The notes under the pieces are model-generated. The model worked only from the letters and a program-made list of their open reading frames with translations, made no database searches and was not told the origin of the DNA. From a virus: 64,000 nt of DNA. The number at the start of each line of letters is the position of its first letter. Position 1 is the stretch's first letter. A program made the position numbers and the translations under genes. Shown here one piece after another: positions 1 to 11,337 of this stretch. The DNA lies in IMG/VR virus record IMGVR_UViG_3300031857_000105, positions 12,778 through 76,777 of that record. One strand, given 5' to 3'.

Positions 1-1237
1 AACAGCAACATACAATTTAGGACAAGGCGGCGCAACTCCGTTACGTTGGAATAACGTATTCTTAAGCCGTGCTGAAATTGACGGACTTGTAATTGATAGT
101 AACACTATTCAAACTACAGTAGGCAATGATAACTTAACATTGCAAGCCAACGGTTCAGGCATTATTTCAATTCCAAGTAATGATGTGCAAATAAATCAAA
201 GTTTGACCGTAACAACTGATTTAACAGTTACTACAGGAACAACATATTTAAAGAATACTGGCATTACTGGTACTGTTACACAAACAGGCGACATTAATCA
301 AACCGGTAATTTTACCACAAGCGGTAATACAGAAGTTACTGGAAATATAACTGGAACAGGTTATTTAAGATTACCTAATATTGAAATTAGTGGCAGTACT
401 ATTACAACTAGAACTAGTGGCACTGATTTACAATTGACAGCTAACGGAACCGGTAACGTTGTAATTGAAGGGATTAAAGTTGAAGACAATGTAATTAAAA
501 GTACCGCAACAAATTCAGATATTACATTAACTCCGCAAGGAACTGGTATTGTTACCATTGACAGTAACCAAAGTTTAAAAATTCCAGTGGGTGATAACGC
601 TGCCCGTCCTGGTACACCTGTAAATGGTATGATTCGTTACAATAACCAAATTGGACGCTATGAAGGTTATAATAACGGTCTCTGGTTAACTATGAGTGGA
701 GTTGCAGATTCAGACGGTAACACATATATTACTGCTGAATTGACTCCTGGCGCAAATGATAATACTTTAAGATTCTACGCCGATGGCAATTTAATGGCTA
801 CCATCGATAGTACTAAGCTATATACAGAGCGTTTAAAAACTAGCAATTTAAATATAGAAAGCAATACTATTAGTTCGATAAGTACTAATAGCGATATTAA
901 TTTATCACCAACTGGAACTGGTAGTGTACGTGTTGGAAATTTAAGTATTAAAAATAATACAATTACCAACGTAGTATCAGGCGCAATAACTGAATTTAGT
1001 CAAACAGGCACAGGATATGTAAAAGTTCCAGGAACTTACGGAATTGTAATTCCATCAGGTACAGACTCTACACGCCCAGGTGTGACTGAAAGCGGAATGA
1101 TTCGTTTTAACACAGAGCAACAGCTTGTGGAAGTCTACAACGGATCAATATGGACAGGTGTATCTGGAGTTGGTGGTGGTATTAACTTTAACGATGCAAC
1201 AAACATTGCAATTGAATACGTTTTAACATTTGGATAA
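1..1237 (+). CDS. Virion structural/tail-fibre-associated protein, 5'-truncated by the window edge
   Basis: The frame is open from position 2 (TATYNLGQGG...), so the real start is upstream. Repeats N-x-I-x(5-6)-SDI-x-L-x-P-x-GTG-x-V and two 'IP.G....RP.....GMIR(Y/F)N' modules are typical of myophage tail/baseplate proteins. Confidence 0.65.
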   Translation, partial: TATYNLGQGGATPLRWNNVFLSRAEIDGLVIDSNTIQTTVGNDNLTLQANGSGIISIPSNDVQINQSLTVTTDLTVTTGTTYLKNTGITGTVTQTGDINQTGNFTTSGNTEVTGNITGTGYLRLPNIEISGSTITTRTSGTDLQLTANGTGNVVIEGIKVEDNVIKSTATNSDITLTPQGTGIVTIDSNQSLKIPVGDNAARPGTPVNGMIRYNNQIGRYEGYNNGLWLTMSGVADSDGNTYITAELTPGANDNTLRFYADGNLMATIDSTKLYTERLKTSNLNIESNTISSISTNSDINLSPTGTGSVRVGNLSIKNNTITNVVSGAITEFSQTGTGYVKVPGTYGIVIPSGTDSTRPGVTESGMIRFNTEQQLVEVYNGSIWTGVSGVGGGINFNDATNIAIEYVLTFG

Positions 1238-1240
1238 AAT

Positions 1241-1573
1241 ATGGCAACCACATTTGGAAACTCTTTAATACAAGAATTAGGAACAACACCAACAACTGCT
1301 CTAACATCGGCAGCTAATGCTCGTGTTACCGTTATCGGTTTAAGCCTAACTAATCTAACAGACAGTATTATTTTAGCAACTATTCTTATAGAAAATAACA
1401 CTACTGGCGACAGTGCTCATTATATTAAAGGCATCCCAGTTCCACCAAATCAGAGTTTGCGTGTTATTAACGGCGGTGAAAAATTAATTATTGGTACTAA
1501 TACCAGCATCATCTTTACAGCTAGCCAAGATGATAGTTTAGATTTAGTAATGAGTTATGTATCAATTACGTAA
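1241..1573 (+). CDS. Small beta-rich virion structural protein
   Basis: 110 aa, translationally coupled to the upstream gene, with a 'TVIGLSLTN...IKGIPVPPNQSL...GEKLII' pattern seen next to T4-like tail genes; similar in layout to 21639..21992. Confidence 0.5.
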   Translation: MATTFGNSLIQELGTTPTTALTSAANARVTVIGLSLTNLTDSIILATILIENNTTGDSAHYIKGIPVPPNQSLRVINGGEKLIIGTNTSIIFTASQDDSLDLVMSYVSIT

Positions 1574-1583
1574 GGAATAAATT

Positions 1584-1967
1584 ATGACATATTATGTTGG
1601 ACAACTTAGTTCAGTTGAACTACTAGGAGAAGGAAACCCAAGATTTTTCTACGGACTTCGTAGACAAGACACAGGAGACAATGACGGTACTTTATTTTTT
1701 ACAAAAGTTGATCAACTTACAAGTACTGATGTTATAACTATAAACAACGCCGGTGCTGGTTCTGACAATTTTGAAACATTTGAATATGGTATTGATTTTT
1801 TTGACGGGCGTCTTGCACAAGATCATAGTCGCCCCTACACAAATTTACAATTTGATCAATATCGCTGGGATAGCAAAAATTGTTATTATTACATAAATGC
1901 TAATGGCGAGTTAATAGTGAGAATTAATCAAGCATATACATACGCACCAGAACAAATTGTTAGTTAA
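1584..1967 (+). CDS. Hypothetical phage protein, probably structural
   Basis: 127-aa ORF with an AAGGA RBS inside the tail gene cluster. Confidence 0.5.
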   Translation: MTYYVGQLSSVELLGEGNPRFFYGLRRQDTGDNDGTLFFTKVDQLTSTDVITINNAGAGSDNFETFEYGIDFFDGRLAQDHSRPYTNLQFDQYRWDSKNCYYYINANGELIVRINQAYTYAPEQIVS

Positions 1968-1987
1968 TAAAGACAAGGAATATAAAA

Positions 1988-4900
1988 ATGGCAGCAGAAT
2001 TTAAAATTGGTAGACTACGTTATAACTGGGTAGGTACATGGACTCCTGGAACGGTATACAGTCGAGACGACGTAGTACTTAATGACGGAAAAGCATATTC
2101 TTGTCTAGTTCCAAATACAGCAAGTGCAAACTTTTATACAGATTTAAACAACATTTTTCCACGCTGGCAAATTGTACTCGACGGTAAATCATGGAAGGGT
2201 CCTTGGGTATCTAATTATTCATACGGTGTTGGAAATATTGTAATATTTGGCGGTAAAGCCTATATTAGCATAACTGCTCATGTTAGCTCATTATTTGAAA
2301 GTGACGTTGCCAACTGGAATGTATATGCTGAGTTTGACGGATGGAAGCCCAGCTGGACTCCTAGCACAGCCTACGGTGTTAATGATGTTGTAAAATACGG
2401 TGGTATTGTTTATAAGTGCATAGCCAACCACTCTAGTGCAGGCTCAACTAGTGCAGGCCTTGAAGCTAACCAAGCCAGCTGGCAAGTTTATTATTCTGGC
2501 GTTGAATACAAAGGCATCTGGGCATCAGGTTTTAGATACAAACTTAATGATTTAGTAAAAATACGTGCAAATATCTATATTTGTACACAATATCACACAT
2601 CTACTAATACGTTTGATGACAGTAGCTTTAGTATGTGGATACCAGGACAATTATCAAATGTTGTCTGGAACCCATCTACTGTTTACCAAGTTGGTGATGC
2701 AGTTATCCACGGCGGTGATGCTTATATTTCTAAGACTGCTAACAATCAAAACAATTATCCAGACACTGATGCTATAAGATGGGGATTCTTTAACGTTGGT
2801 TATACTGTTCGAAATACATGGTCTGCAGGCCCGGCTTCATACGCCCCAGGTGATTTAGTAACTCGTAACGGACAACTTTATGAAGCTGTTGCAAGAAGTA
2901 CTGGGCAAGATCCGAACACTAGTACAGTCACAGCAAGTTATGTAGCATTAGGAAGTTCTTCAACTGAATTAAATCTTTCATCAATAACTGGAATAACGGC
3001 AGGTATGACAGTATCGGGTGTTGGATTTGTTAGCGGCCAACGTGTTGCTACGGTTGTAAATGAAACAGCCAGCGCAGAAGATTCTACTCTTACAAATAAT
3101 ACAATAACTATAAGTTCTTTTACATCAAAGACTGGCACTGGGCCATACTTGGTGACTTTTGCTATTCCTACACAAGACATTGTGCCATCAGCAAACTCTC
3201 AATTTATAGTTGCAGGTAACAGTAATGTGCTTTATAACGGAACATTTGCTGTTAACAGCACTACAACTACAAGTATTACTTTAACTTATATAAATGATCC
3301 GGGTGTATACGGTACAGGAGTTACAACAATTACTGATACGGCACGTAAAGTGTTAACATTAGGCGGAACAGTTACCGGAACTTTTAGAATAGGTATGAGA
3401 CTTCCGCAAGCTAATAATGCCTATATAGTAGCAGGATCAGGAACTTCGTGGATTGTAACTACTACTCAAATATTAACATTGCAAACAATCACTGCAACAT
3501 TCCAAGGAATAACACTATCACGCGAGTCGGATCAAGCGTTAACTGATTTGCAGGCAATTAATTTTGTTGGAATTAATTCACAATATTGGTCTTTATTAAT
3601 TCCTGGAAAACAATGGGCAAATCGTTGGGTTAGTACAAGTCAGTACAGTGTAGGAGATGTAGTTTCATATTCAACTGGAACTTATGTCTGCATAAAACCG
3701 CACACACAATCTAACAGACCTGACATTGATACTACATCTACGTATTGGGTATTGCTGATAAAACACGATCCTAACAATACTTTGAATAATCAAGGTGATT
3801 TAAGAACGTTTGCAAATGATCGTCCCCAAGCTGTTGCCATAGGAACTGATACGTATGTGTTAGGAGTAGATTCAAATTTGCCAAATTGGCGAAAACTCAA
3901 TGTTGTTCCTGCGGTCTATTATGTTGATTCTTACACAGGTGTAGATACACCTGGCTACGGCGTTACTTGGGATCAACCATGGAAGACTATCAAGTATGCT
4001 TGCGATACAATTACTACAGGATTTTATTTTCCTAATGCCGTTGAACTTGTAAAGGCAAATAAAGCCTTTATAATTGCAGAAATGTATCAATGGATGCTTT
4101 ATCAAATGTCAAATAATATTGCGCCATTTAGTGCTGATAGTCTATGGAATCCTTATAAAGCGCAAAGAGATGCTGAACTAATTGTAGATGCAATACTGTA
4201 CGATTTAAAACGTGGCGGCAATAGCCAATCTGTTGGTGCTGCGCAATCTTTCTTTTACACTGGAAGCCAAACACGATTATACAATAGCTTAACAAAAGCC
4301 ACATTGCCTTATTACACACCTTCATTAAATTATTTGTTAAGTTTGATGCAAAGTGTTGTTGCTAATACTGCCGTGACTGTAAGTTATCAAACATTAAACA
4401 ACGTAACACCAGTTAGTGTAGTAAATCAAATTATTATTAATAATTTAACAGCAGAAGCAAATGTTGCAAACAACATATCAAGTTTGATGGGCATTATCAC
4501 AACAGCACTAACAAACGAAAATACTTATCTTGTACCGTCTGCAAATACAGGTATATCTGCAAGTATCTATGTAAAAACAGGTACATACAATGAAATATTA
4601 CCTATTGCTATTCCTGAAAATGTATCAATTATAGGCGACGAATTGCGTAGCGCAGTGGTTCAGCCAGCGTCAAGTAAAACATTTTATTGCACACAAACAA
4701 TAGCCCCTAACAGCAGTCCATCAACTTCAAATACGATGATTGTTAACAGTACGGCTGGATTGTCAAATAATATGCCTCTTCAGTTTATTAGTCCGTTTGT
4801 TAATAATGCAAGTACAACGTTTGGCGGAGTAACATCTGGTAGAACATATTATGTTGATGGTAACTCTATAACTAGCACTAGTTTACGAATAAAAGATTCT

Positions 4901-7900
4901 CCAACGTTTACATTTATTGCTACTACAGTAGTTAGTAGTAATATTTTAACTAACGTTTCAAACATTACTAATCTTTCAGTAGGCATGCAACTATCAGGAC
5001 CTGGCATACCATTTGATGCTTATGTTTATTCTTTTAATCAGGCAATAAACACTATTTCTACTATTACTATGTGTACAGGATATCCGTTAGCTGAAGGGTA
5101 CGTATTTGTTGAAGCGTATGCTACAGAAAGTGGAATTTTAAGAACTTTAACATCTACTGGAAACTATGTACAACTAACAAACGGCAACGGCAACATGACT
5201 ATATATGCCGGCGATTGTTTAAAAGACATGTTCTTAATGAGGAACGGAACTACTATTCGTAACATGTCTCTGTTTGGCCTTAAAGGAACATTAACGGCTA
5301 ATAATCAATATCTAACAGCTCGGCCCACCGGCGGCTCTTATACTAGTCTCGATCCAGGAACAGGTCCTAATGATACTAGTGCATGGATTATACGTCGAAG
5401 CCCTTACGCACAAAATCTTACAGTATTTGGTGAAGGAGCCATTGGAATAAAAATTGACGGTACTTTACACAACGGCGGCAGCAAATCGATAGTGTCTAAC
5501 GACTACACTATGGTTATAAGTGACGGAATCGGTATCTGGTGTACAGGCCCGGGTTCAATAACTGAAGCTATTAGTGTGTTCTCATATTATGCGTATGCTG
5601 GTTATTTTGCTGAAGACGGCGGAAGAATTCGTGCAGCCAACGGTAATAGTTCTTATGGAACATTTGGTGTAATTAGTGAAGGATTTGACACTACAGAAAC
5701 TCCATTAACTGGGACTATTAATAATCAGTCACAGCAAGTACAGGCGGAAGTTACTAGTGCGTTCGGTACTGTAGATCAGTTATTAAAATTAAACTACAAC
5801 AATGCCGGTTCTAATTATTTTTCTCCTGCAACTAACATGTTAAAAAGAAGTAATGAATTTTTAACTACTTGGACTAATGATTCTTATTTGTCATTTACTA
5901 AGAATAATATTGCCCCTACAGGTTACACTGAAGCATGGTTACTATCTGGATCAACTACTACACCGGGAACTGGCTATGTTCAACAGAGTATTACAATAAA
6001 TCCAGCAGGCTATACATATACTAATATTGGCGGAACAACCCAAGATGGCGCACCGGGCTCTGGGGCTACTTTTGATATTAGAGTTACTAGCACAGTATAC
6101 GTGGTAACTGTAAATTATTCAGGCGGCAGTAGTGCTCAATATCAAACAGGAAATAATATTAAAATTCTTGGATCAGTACTCGGTGGGTTAAATGGTGTTA
6201 ACGATTTAATTATTGTTGTCGGTGACTTAACAGGTACTGGTATTTCTACTATTTCAGCAATATCTGGAACAGTGCCTGCAGGCAGTAATCAAAATTATAC
6301 ACTTAGCATGTTTGTGTATGACGGCGGAACATCTGCTACTTTAGATATGCAAGCTATATTTTCTGGTACTACAACAGTTACCAGCGGTATTAGTTATAAT
6401 ATTTCAAGTAAAACTATTACTCCATACTCGGGCACTAGTATTACAAGCAGTGCAAATGGCGGTACTTTACCCGTAAACTTTAAAGCACAAAAAACTTTAG
6501 TTAACGGTTGGTATAGAGTTTGGTTCTCTATTAACGACAGTACAGGTGTTAATAATACATTGACTTTTAAGTTCTTCCCGCAAGGAGCGACAGCACCAGT
6601 AGCTAACACTTATTCAATAATATACGGAGCTCAGCTAGAAATATCTGATGAAGACTATACGCCTAGAGTTTATTTAGAAACAACAACTAATCAGTTTACT
6701 GCTTATGCAAATTATCAAGTTGTTGGTGCAGGAGCAGGCGCACTATTATCCGGAGATGAAATAAGAAGTCAATCAGTATTCAACGTTCGAGTTACTACTG
6801 ATTCTAACGGGTTTACTGGTGGAGCTGGTTACGGCAGTAGTTTAAATACGGCGGCCGACGGTAACCTAAATTCAATACGACTTGCCGCAACTGACCAAGG
6901 GATTTTTAATTACTTAGGCATGCGTGTTTTTATTGGTGGCGGCACTGGCGCTGGACAATACGGATTTGTTACATACTATAACAACAGCTCTAGTGTTGAC
7001 GCTAACGGGATTACTACAAAAACTGCTCTTATAGCTAAGGAAACAATTGATCCAATAGGAGTAATTTCTACAACTTCTAATGCTACCCCTGCTAATAATC
7101 TAATTACCCTAGAAGATCAAATTGATATTAGTCAATGGTACATTAATCAAGCAGTTCAATTTATACCTACATATTATACAACAACAGTAACGGCTACATC
7201 TATTGACACTGTGATTGCTACCGGATCTCTTGGCGGAACAGTAAACACTATAAGTATACCTACTGAGAGTCTTGCAATTAACATGCCAATTACATTTGGA
7301 GCAGGAGATCTCAATGTAAGTCCTGGTTTTATATACTATATTACACAAATTGACTATATTGGCAATACAATTCAAATTGCAACTAGTATAGCAGGAACTG
7401 CAATACAGCTTACCCCAGTTGCATCAACATCTCAAGTAGTAACATTTCCTCGGTATTCTGGATATATTAAAGCACCAACTACTAATATGGTTCCAAATAT
7501 TAACATACAATTTACCGGCGTTGCTCTTGGAGGAGTAGCTCTTGGTACGACTTATTATATAAGTGATATTATAGATGCAGATAATTTTACAGTATCGGCA
7601 AACAAAACAATTTTAACTTCTACAGAGTCAATAGGTGGTTCTACTAATACTATTGAAGCAAACACAATATCGTTGGTTCCTTGCAATACTGTTGTATTTT
7701 CAGGAACGATTTTTGATGCCGCTATTTCTCCAGGAGTAATATATTATATTAGTAATATTGTTGACGCCGGCAGTTTTAACATTACCACAAGTATTATACG
7801 TACTAGTGTTACATCAACAACATTTGGTACAAATTTAATTGAAATTACTGATACAACAGGATTTGTTGTTGGACAACCTATAATTTTTAGTGGTATTTTG

Positions 7901-10900
7901 CCAGGAACAACGTTTGGTAATATACAAGCCGAAACTGTTTATTATATTCTAACTATTAATGCAGTTAATAATACAATTACAATTAGTACAGATAAAACAA
8001 ACACATTTACATTAACTACTCGCGCAGGATTAATACAAGCTAGAACATGTCCTGAACCTATATCATTAGGCGGTGGTACTGGATCAATGACAGTTACATC
8101 AACTGGCACAAGAGTAGTAGTTACTCATAGTGTTGGAAATATTAGTACAATGAACGGAACATTCTCCACAAGTCTATACGGAGGACTAAATTCATACACA
8201 GTATATTATATTACATCAATCTCAACAGCGGGCCTTAACCCAACCATAACAGTAAGCACTACACAAACGGGCACTCCTCTTATACTTACAACTGGTGTAG
8301 GTAATATGCAACTAGTGGCTAGCGGCTGGGATCATATAAATCCAGGAACACCTACAGTTCCAACAGACTCTACAAGTTCTTATTTTATTGAACCAAAAGT
8401 AACCTTTACTGATCCAACTTGGAGCCAAACCGTAGGATCAGTTAATACTCCGTTGACCGGCGGCGCAACATTTATAAGTTTAGCGGCTGGAAATAATAGA
8501 TGGTTAGGATTACCAACCTCTGGAGCAGTTGGAGCAACATCAACTAATGGAACAAGTTGGACAGCAATAACATTACCAACTGGAATATCTTCATGGAGTG
8601 ATATTACATACGGCAACAATTACTGGGTGGCCTTAGGTAAACAAGCCGGCGGCGGAGGTCCACTAACTTCAGTTGCCGCATATTCTAATTCTAATGGTTT
8701 AGGTTGGAGAACTGTTGCTTTTCCTACTAACGGCAATTATCATAAAATTTGCTACGGCAACGGAACATTTATTGCTATAAGTTCTGACAGTCATCGTGCA
8801 GTCTATTCAACAAATCACGGACTTAATTGGACCCAAAGCTATTTGCCAAGCAGCACACCTATTACGCAAACAGGAGCTCCAGTAATAAGTACTGCACAAT
8901 TTAAATTTGGTGTTTCTAGTTTATACCTAGACGGTTCAAGTCACATTGATGTTGCAAGTGATCCAAAATTTACTTATAGCTCAGAAGATTTTACTGTTGA
9001 GTGTTTTGTGCGCCCAACAAGTTTAACCGGAACTCAAGTAGTAATTGATCAAAGAACATCTGCTAACGAAGCATCAATTTATGTTGATGTTTCTGCAACA
9101 GGCGCTGTACGATTATATGTGCTTGGCTCGTATCAAATAACTTCGACTACACTAATAACAGCTGGAGCATGGAGTCACATTGCAGTGTCAAGAACTAGCG
9201 GCGTAACAAGATTATTTGTTAACGGAACAGTACAAGGCACAACATATACTGATGCTAACGTGTATGCAGAGAAACCAGTTGCTATTGGAGCATCATTTAG
9301 TGCTTCAAATCGTTTTACAGGTTATATTGATGAGGTAAGAATTAGTAGAGGCGTAGGTAGATATACTGCTACATTTACTCCAACAGTCCAAGAGTTTGAC
9401 TCTGACGACAATACTATGTTGTTAATGCATTTTAATGACTTGAACAATTCTACAAACATTGCTAGTACCATAGGAACTTGGGTGTCAATAGCCTACGGTA
9501 ACGGAGTATTTGTTGCAATTAACAGTAACGGACAAACAGGATGGAGTGTTGACGGCGCTACTTGGAACTCATCAACCCTACCAACAAGTAACACACTGTT
9601 AAGTGGAGTTACTATCCTAGGCGGCGGCGGTACATTCCAGTGTACAACAACGACAACACTTCTTGTTATTGGGCAAAGCGTAAGAATTTCTGGAATTAAA
9701 TCTGGAGATGGCACTATTAAAAACGGCACTTACTACATAAGCGCAACTAATGGCAAGTCATCTTTTACATTATCTGCTAATCTTCAAAATGCACTATCGG
9801 GAACAAATCCAATTACAACAGGAGCTGGTACAACTACTGGACTTACTTTTGAAGTTGGAGTAGCATCTTACACAGGTATAGCATACGGAAACAATAAGTT
9901 TGTAGCAGTACAGACTGGATACGGACTAGAAACAGCAGTTAGTTTTGACGGCGTAAATTGGATACAGTCATTAAATTATATGTCCGCAACTATGGTTAAA
10001 TATGGTCAAGGGGTATTTTTAGCACTTAACTCTACAGGCAGTACATCTTACGCTAGCGAACATGGATTACTTTGGAAGAAACGAACATTAACGTATGGAA
10101 GTATAAATGCAAGCATGTTTGGTCACAATTCCTCAAATGTGGGATATTTTGTAACTTTAACAGGCACAGGTGAGTCTGAGGGCAATGCAACTGTAATTAG
10201 CGAAGGCGCACGGGCACAAGGAAGACCAAGTTTAAATTCTGGAGTAATCAACGGAATTACTTTATGGGAAACTGGATCTAATTATTCAGTTCCTCCAACA
10301 GTAACGTTGACAGACTATAATGTGTCAGTAACTGCTACAGTTAATCCTCGTATAAGCAACGGTACTTTATCTAATCCAACATTTGTAAATAGAGGAACAG
10401 GTTATAATACTACTTCAACAGTAGTTTCAGTAACAGGTGATGGATTTGCAGACACATTCCAGATTGGATTACAATTAATCGTTAACAATTTATCAACTAT
10501 TCCAGTTATTGGTAGCAATATACAAATTTTAAATAATAGTCAAGTTTACAAAGTTACAAATGCTGAGGCAGTGTTTGGAACTAGTGCTCCGTTTATCCAA
10601 GCTAATATTCAGGTATCGCCAGAAATTACAAATGCACTGAGCCCAGTTCATAACACACCAGTAACCTTCCGACAATTATACAGCCAATGTCGATTAACAA
10701 ATCACGATTTCTTGCTTGTCGGTACCGGCAATAAGGCGCTGACGAATTATCCGTTCACTGATCCAACAACAGCAAAAATTGAAAATCAAGCAGTTGAAAC
10801 TAATCAGGGACACGTATTCTATACCAGTACAGACGAAAACGGTAACTTCCAAGTTGGTAGTTTATTTGGTGTGCAACAAGCAACTGGTACAGTTACCTTA

Positions 10901-11290
10901 AGTGCAACACAGTTTGGTCTAACAGGACTTGAAACTTTAAGTCTTGGCGGAATTGCTGTTGGAAGCCAGAGCACTGTTGTTACACAGTTCTCTACAGATC
11001 CAACATTTTCAGGAAATTCAGATGCAATTATTCCAACTCAACGAGCAATTAGATCTTACCTAACTGGGCGTTTAAGTCAAGGCGGTGCTAATACATTTAC
11101 TGGAAATTTAATTGCTGGTACTGTTTCAGTTGGCGGCCCAAATTTCATTAAATCAACAATTGCAAACGGCTCAACGGGCTCAAGTATTAACATGATCAAC
11201 AAAGTATACTTTCCAGGTAATTCAGTAGACGGTAATATCCCTGCTCTCAATATGTTTATTCGCAGCGGAACCAAGCGCGGTAACGTATAA
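1988..11290 (+). CDS. Giant modular virion protein (tail fibre/receptor-binding), paralogue A, 3100 aa
   Basis: N-terminal W..g..Y...DvV..gG..Y.C repeats (CBM5/12-like), a pectin-lyase-like beta-helix core (YVKTGTYNE..P...VSIIGDELRS), W..IAYGNG.FVA propeller-like repeats, a LamG/concanavalin-like domain at about 8880-9440 (DFTVECFV...WSHIAVSR...GYIDEVRIS); Thr/Gly/Ser-rich. Confidence 0.75.
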   Translation: MAAEFKIGRLRYNWVGTWTPGTVYSRDDVVLNDGKAYSCLVPNTASANFYTDLNNIFPRWQIVLDGKSWKGPWVSNYSYGVGNIVIFGGKAYISITAHVSSLFESDVANWNVYAEFDGWKPSWTPSTAYGVNDVVKYGGIVYKCIANHSSAGSTSAGLEANQASWQVYYSGVEYKGIWASGFRYKLNDLVKIRANIYICTQYHTSTNTFDDSSFSMWIPGQLSNVVWNPSTVYQVGDAVIHGGDAYISKTANNQNNYPDTDAIRWGFFNVGYTVRNTWSAGPASYAPGDLVTRNGQLYEAVARSTGQDPNTSTVTASYVALGSSSTELNLSSITGITAGMTVSGVGFVSGQRVATVVNETASAEDSTLTNNTITISSFTSKTGTGPYLVTFAIPTQDIVPSANSQFIVAGNSNVLYNGTFAVNSTTTTSITLTYINDPGVYGTGVTTITDTARKVLTLGGTVTGTFRIGMRLPQANNAYIVAGSGTSWIVTTTQILTLQTITATFQGITLSRESDQALTDLQAINFVGINSQYWSLLIPGKQWANRWVSTSQYSVGDVVSYSTGTYVCIKPHTQSNRPDIDTTSTYWVLLIKHDPNNTLNNQGDLRTFANDRPQAVAIGTDTYVLGVDSNLPNWRKLNVVPAVYYVDSYTGVDTPGYGVTWDQPWKTIKYACDTITTGFYFPNAVELVKANKAFIIAEMYQWMLYQMSNNIAPFSADSLWNPYKAQRDAELIVDAILYDLKRGGNSQSVGAAQSFFYTGSQTRLYNSLTKATLPYYTPSLNYLLSLMQSVVANTAVTVSYQTLNNVTPVSVVNQIIINNLTAEANVANNISSLMGIITTALTNENTYLVPSANTGISASIYVKTGTYNEILPIAIPENVSIIGDELRSAVVQPASSKTFYCTQTIAPNSSPSTSNTMIVNSTAGLSNNMPLQFISPFVNNASTTFGGVTSGRTYYVDGNSITSTSLRIKDSPTFTFIATTVVSSNILTNVSNITNLSVGMQLSGPGIPFDAYVYSFNQAINTISTITMCTGYPLAEGYVFVEAYATESGILRTLTSTGNYVQLTNGNGNMTIYAGDCLKDMFLMRNGTTIRNMSLFGLKGTLTANNQYLTARPTGGSYTSLDPGTGPNDTSAWIIRRSPYAQNLTVFGEGAIGIKIDGTLHNGGSKSIVSNDYTMVISDGIGIWCTGPGSITEAISVFSYYAYAGYFAEDGGRIRAANGNSSYGTFGVISEGFDTTETPLTGTINNQSQQVQAEVTSAFGTVDQLLKLNYNNAGSNYFSPATNMLKRSNEFLTTWTNDSYLSFTKNNIAPTGYTEAWLLSGSTTTPGTGYVQQSITINPAGYTYTNIGGTTQDGAPGSGATFDIRVTSTVYVVTVNYSGGSSAQYQTGNNIKILGSVLGGLNGVNDLIIVVGDLTGTGISTISAISGTVPAGSNQNYTLSMFVYDGGTSATLDMQAIFSGTTTVTSGISYNISSKTITPYSGTSITSSANGGTLPVNFKAQKTLVNGWYRVWFSINDSTGVNNTLTFKFFPQGATAPVANTYSIIYGAQLEISDEDYTPRVYLETTTNQFTAYANYQVVGAGAGALLSGDEIRSQSVFNVRVTTDSNGFTGGAGYGSSLNTAADGNLNSIRLAATDQGIFNYLGMRVFIGGGTGAGQYGFVTYYNNSSSVDANGITTKTALIAKETIDPIGVISTTSNATPANNLITLEDQIDISQWYINQAVQFIPTYYTTTVTATSIDTVIATGSLGGTVNTISIPTESLAINMPITFGAGDLNVSPGFIYYITQIDYIGNTIQIATSIAGTAIQLTPVASTSQVVTFPRYSGYIKAPTTNMVPNINIQFTGVALGGVALGTTYYISDIIDADNFTVSANKTILTSTESIGGSTNTIEANTISLVPCNTVVFSGTIFDAAISPGVIYYISNIVDAGSFNITTSIIRTSVTSTTFGTNLIEITDTTGFVVGQPIIFSGILPGTTFGNIQAETVYYILTINAVNNTITISTDKTNTFTLTTRAGLIQARTCPEPISLGGGTGSMTVTSTGTRVVVTHSVGNISTMNGTFSTSLYGGLNSYTVYYITSISTAGLNPTITVSTTQTGTPLILTTGVGNMQLVASGWDHINPGTPTVPTDSTSSYFIEPKVTFTDPTWSQTVGSVNTPLTGGATFISLAAGNNRWLGLPTSGAVGATSTNGTSWTAITLPTGISSWSDITYGNNYWVALGKQAGGGGPLTSVAAYSNSNGLGWRTVAFPTNGNYHKICYGNGTFIAISSDSHRAVYSTNHGLNWTQSYLPSSTPITQTGAPVISTAQFKFGVSSLYLDGSSHIDVASDPKFTYSSEDFTVECFVRPTSLTGTQVVIDQRTSANEASIYVDVSATGAVRLYVLGSYQITSTTLITAGAWSHIAVSRTSGVTRLFVNGTVQGTTYTDANVYAEKPVAIGASFSASNRFTGYIDEVRISRGVGRYTATFTPTVQEFDSDDNTMLLMHFNDLNNSTNIASTIGTWVSIAYGNGVFVAINSNGQTGWSVDGATWNSSTLPTSNTLLSGVTILGGGGTFQCTTTTTLLVIGQSVRISGIKSGDGTIKNGTYYISATNGKSSFTLSANLQNALSGTNPITTGAGTTTGLTFEVGVASYTGIAYGNNKFVAVQTGYGLETAVSFDGVNWIQSLNYMSATMVKYGQGVFLALNSTGSTSYASEHGLLWKKRTLTYGSINASMFGHNSSNVGYFVTLTGTGESEGNATVISEGARAQGRPSLNSGVINGITLWETGSNYSVPPTVTLTDYNVSVTATVNPRISNGTLSNPTFVNRGTGYNTTSTVVSVTGDGFADTFQIGLQLIVNNLSTIPVIGSNIQILNNSQVYKVTNAEAVFGTSAPFIQANIQVSPEITNALSPVHNTPVTFRQLYSQCRLTNHDFLLVGTGNKALTNYPFTDPTTAKIENQAVETNQGHVFYTSTDENGNFQVGSLFGVQQATGTVTLSATQFGLTGLETLSLGGIAVGSQSTVVTQFSTDPTFSGNSDAIIPTQRAIRSYLTGRLSQGGANTFTGNLIAGTVSVGGPNFIKSTIANGSTGSSINMINKVYFPGNSVDGNIPALNMFIRSGTKRGNV

Positions 11291-11311
11291 AACCGTAGAA
11301 ATATAAAAAGA

Positions 11312-11317
11312 TAAATA
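11312..11317 (+). promoter_or_regulatory. Late-type promoter core (TAAATA)
   Basis: gaTAAATA in the intergenic gap before paralogue B, followed by a GAGG RBS; resembles the T4 late promoter TATAAATA. Confidence 0.5.
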
Positions 11318-11337
11318 CTATCAGAGGATGACAAAAA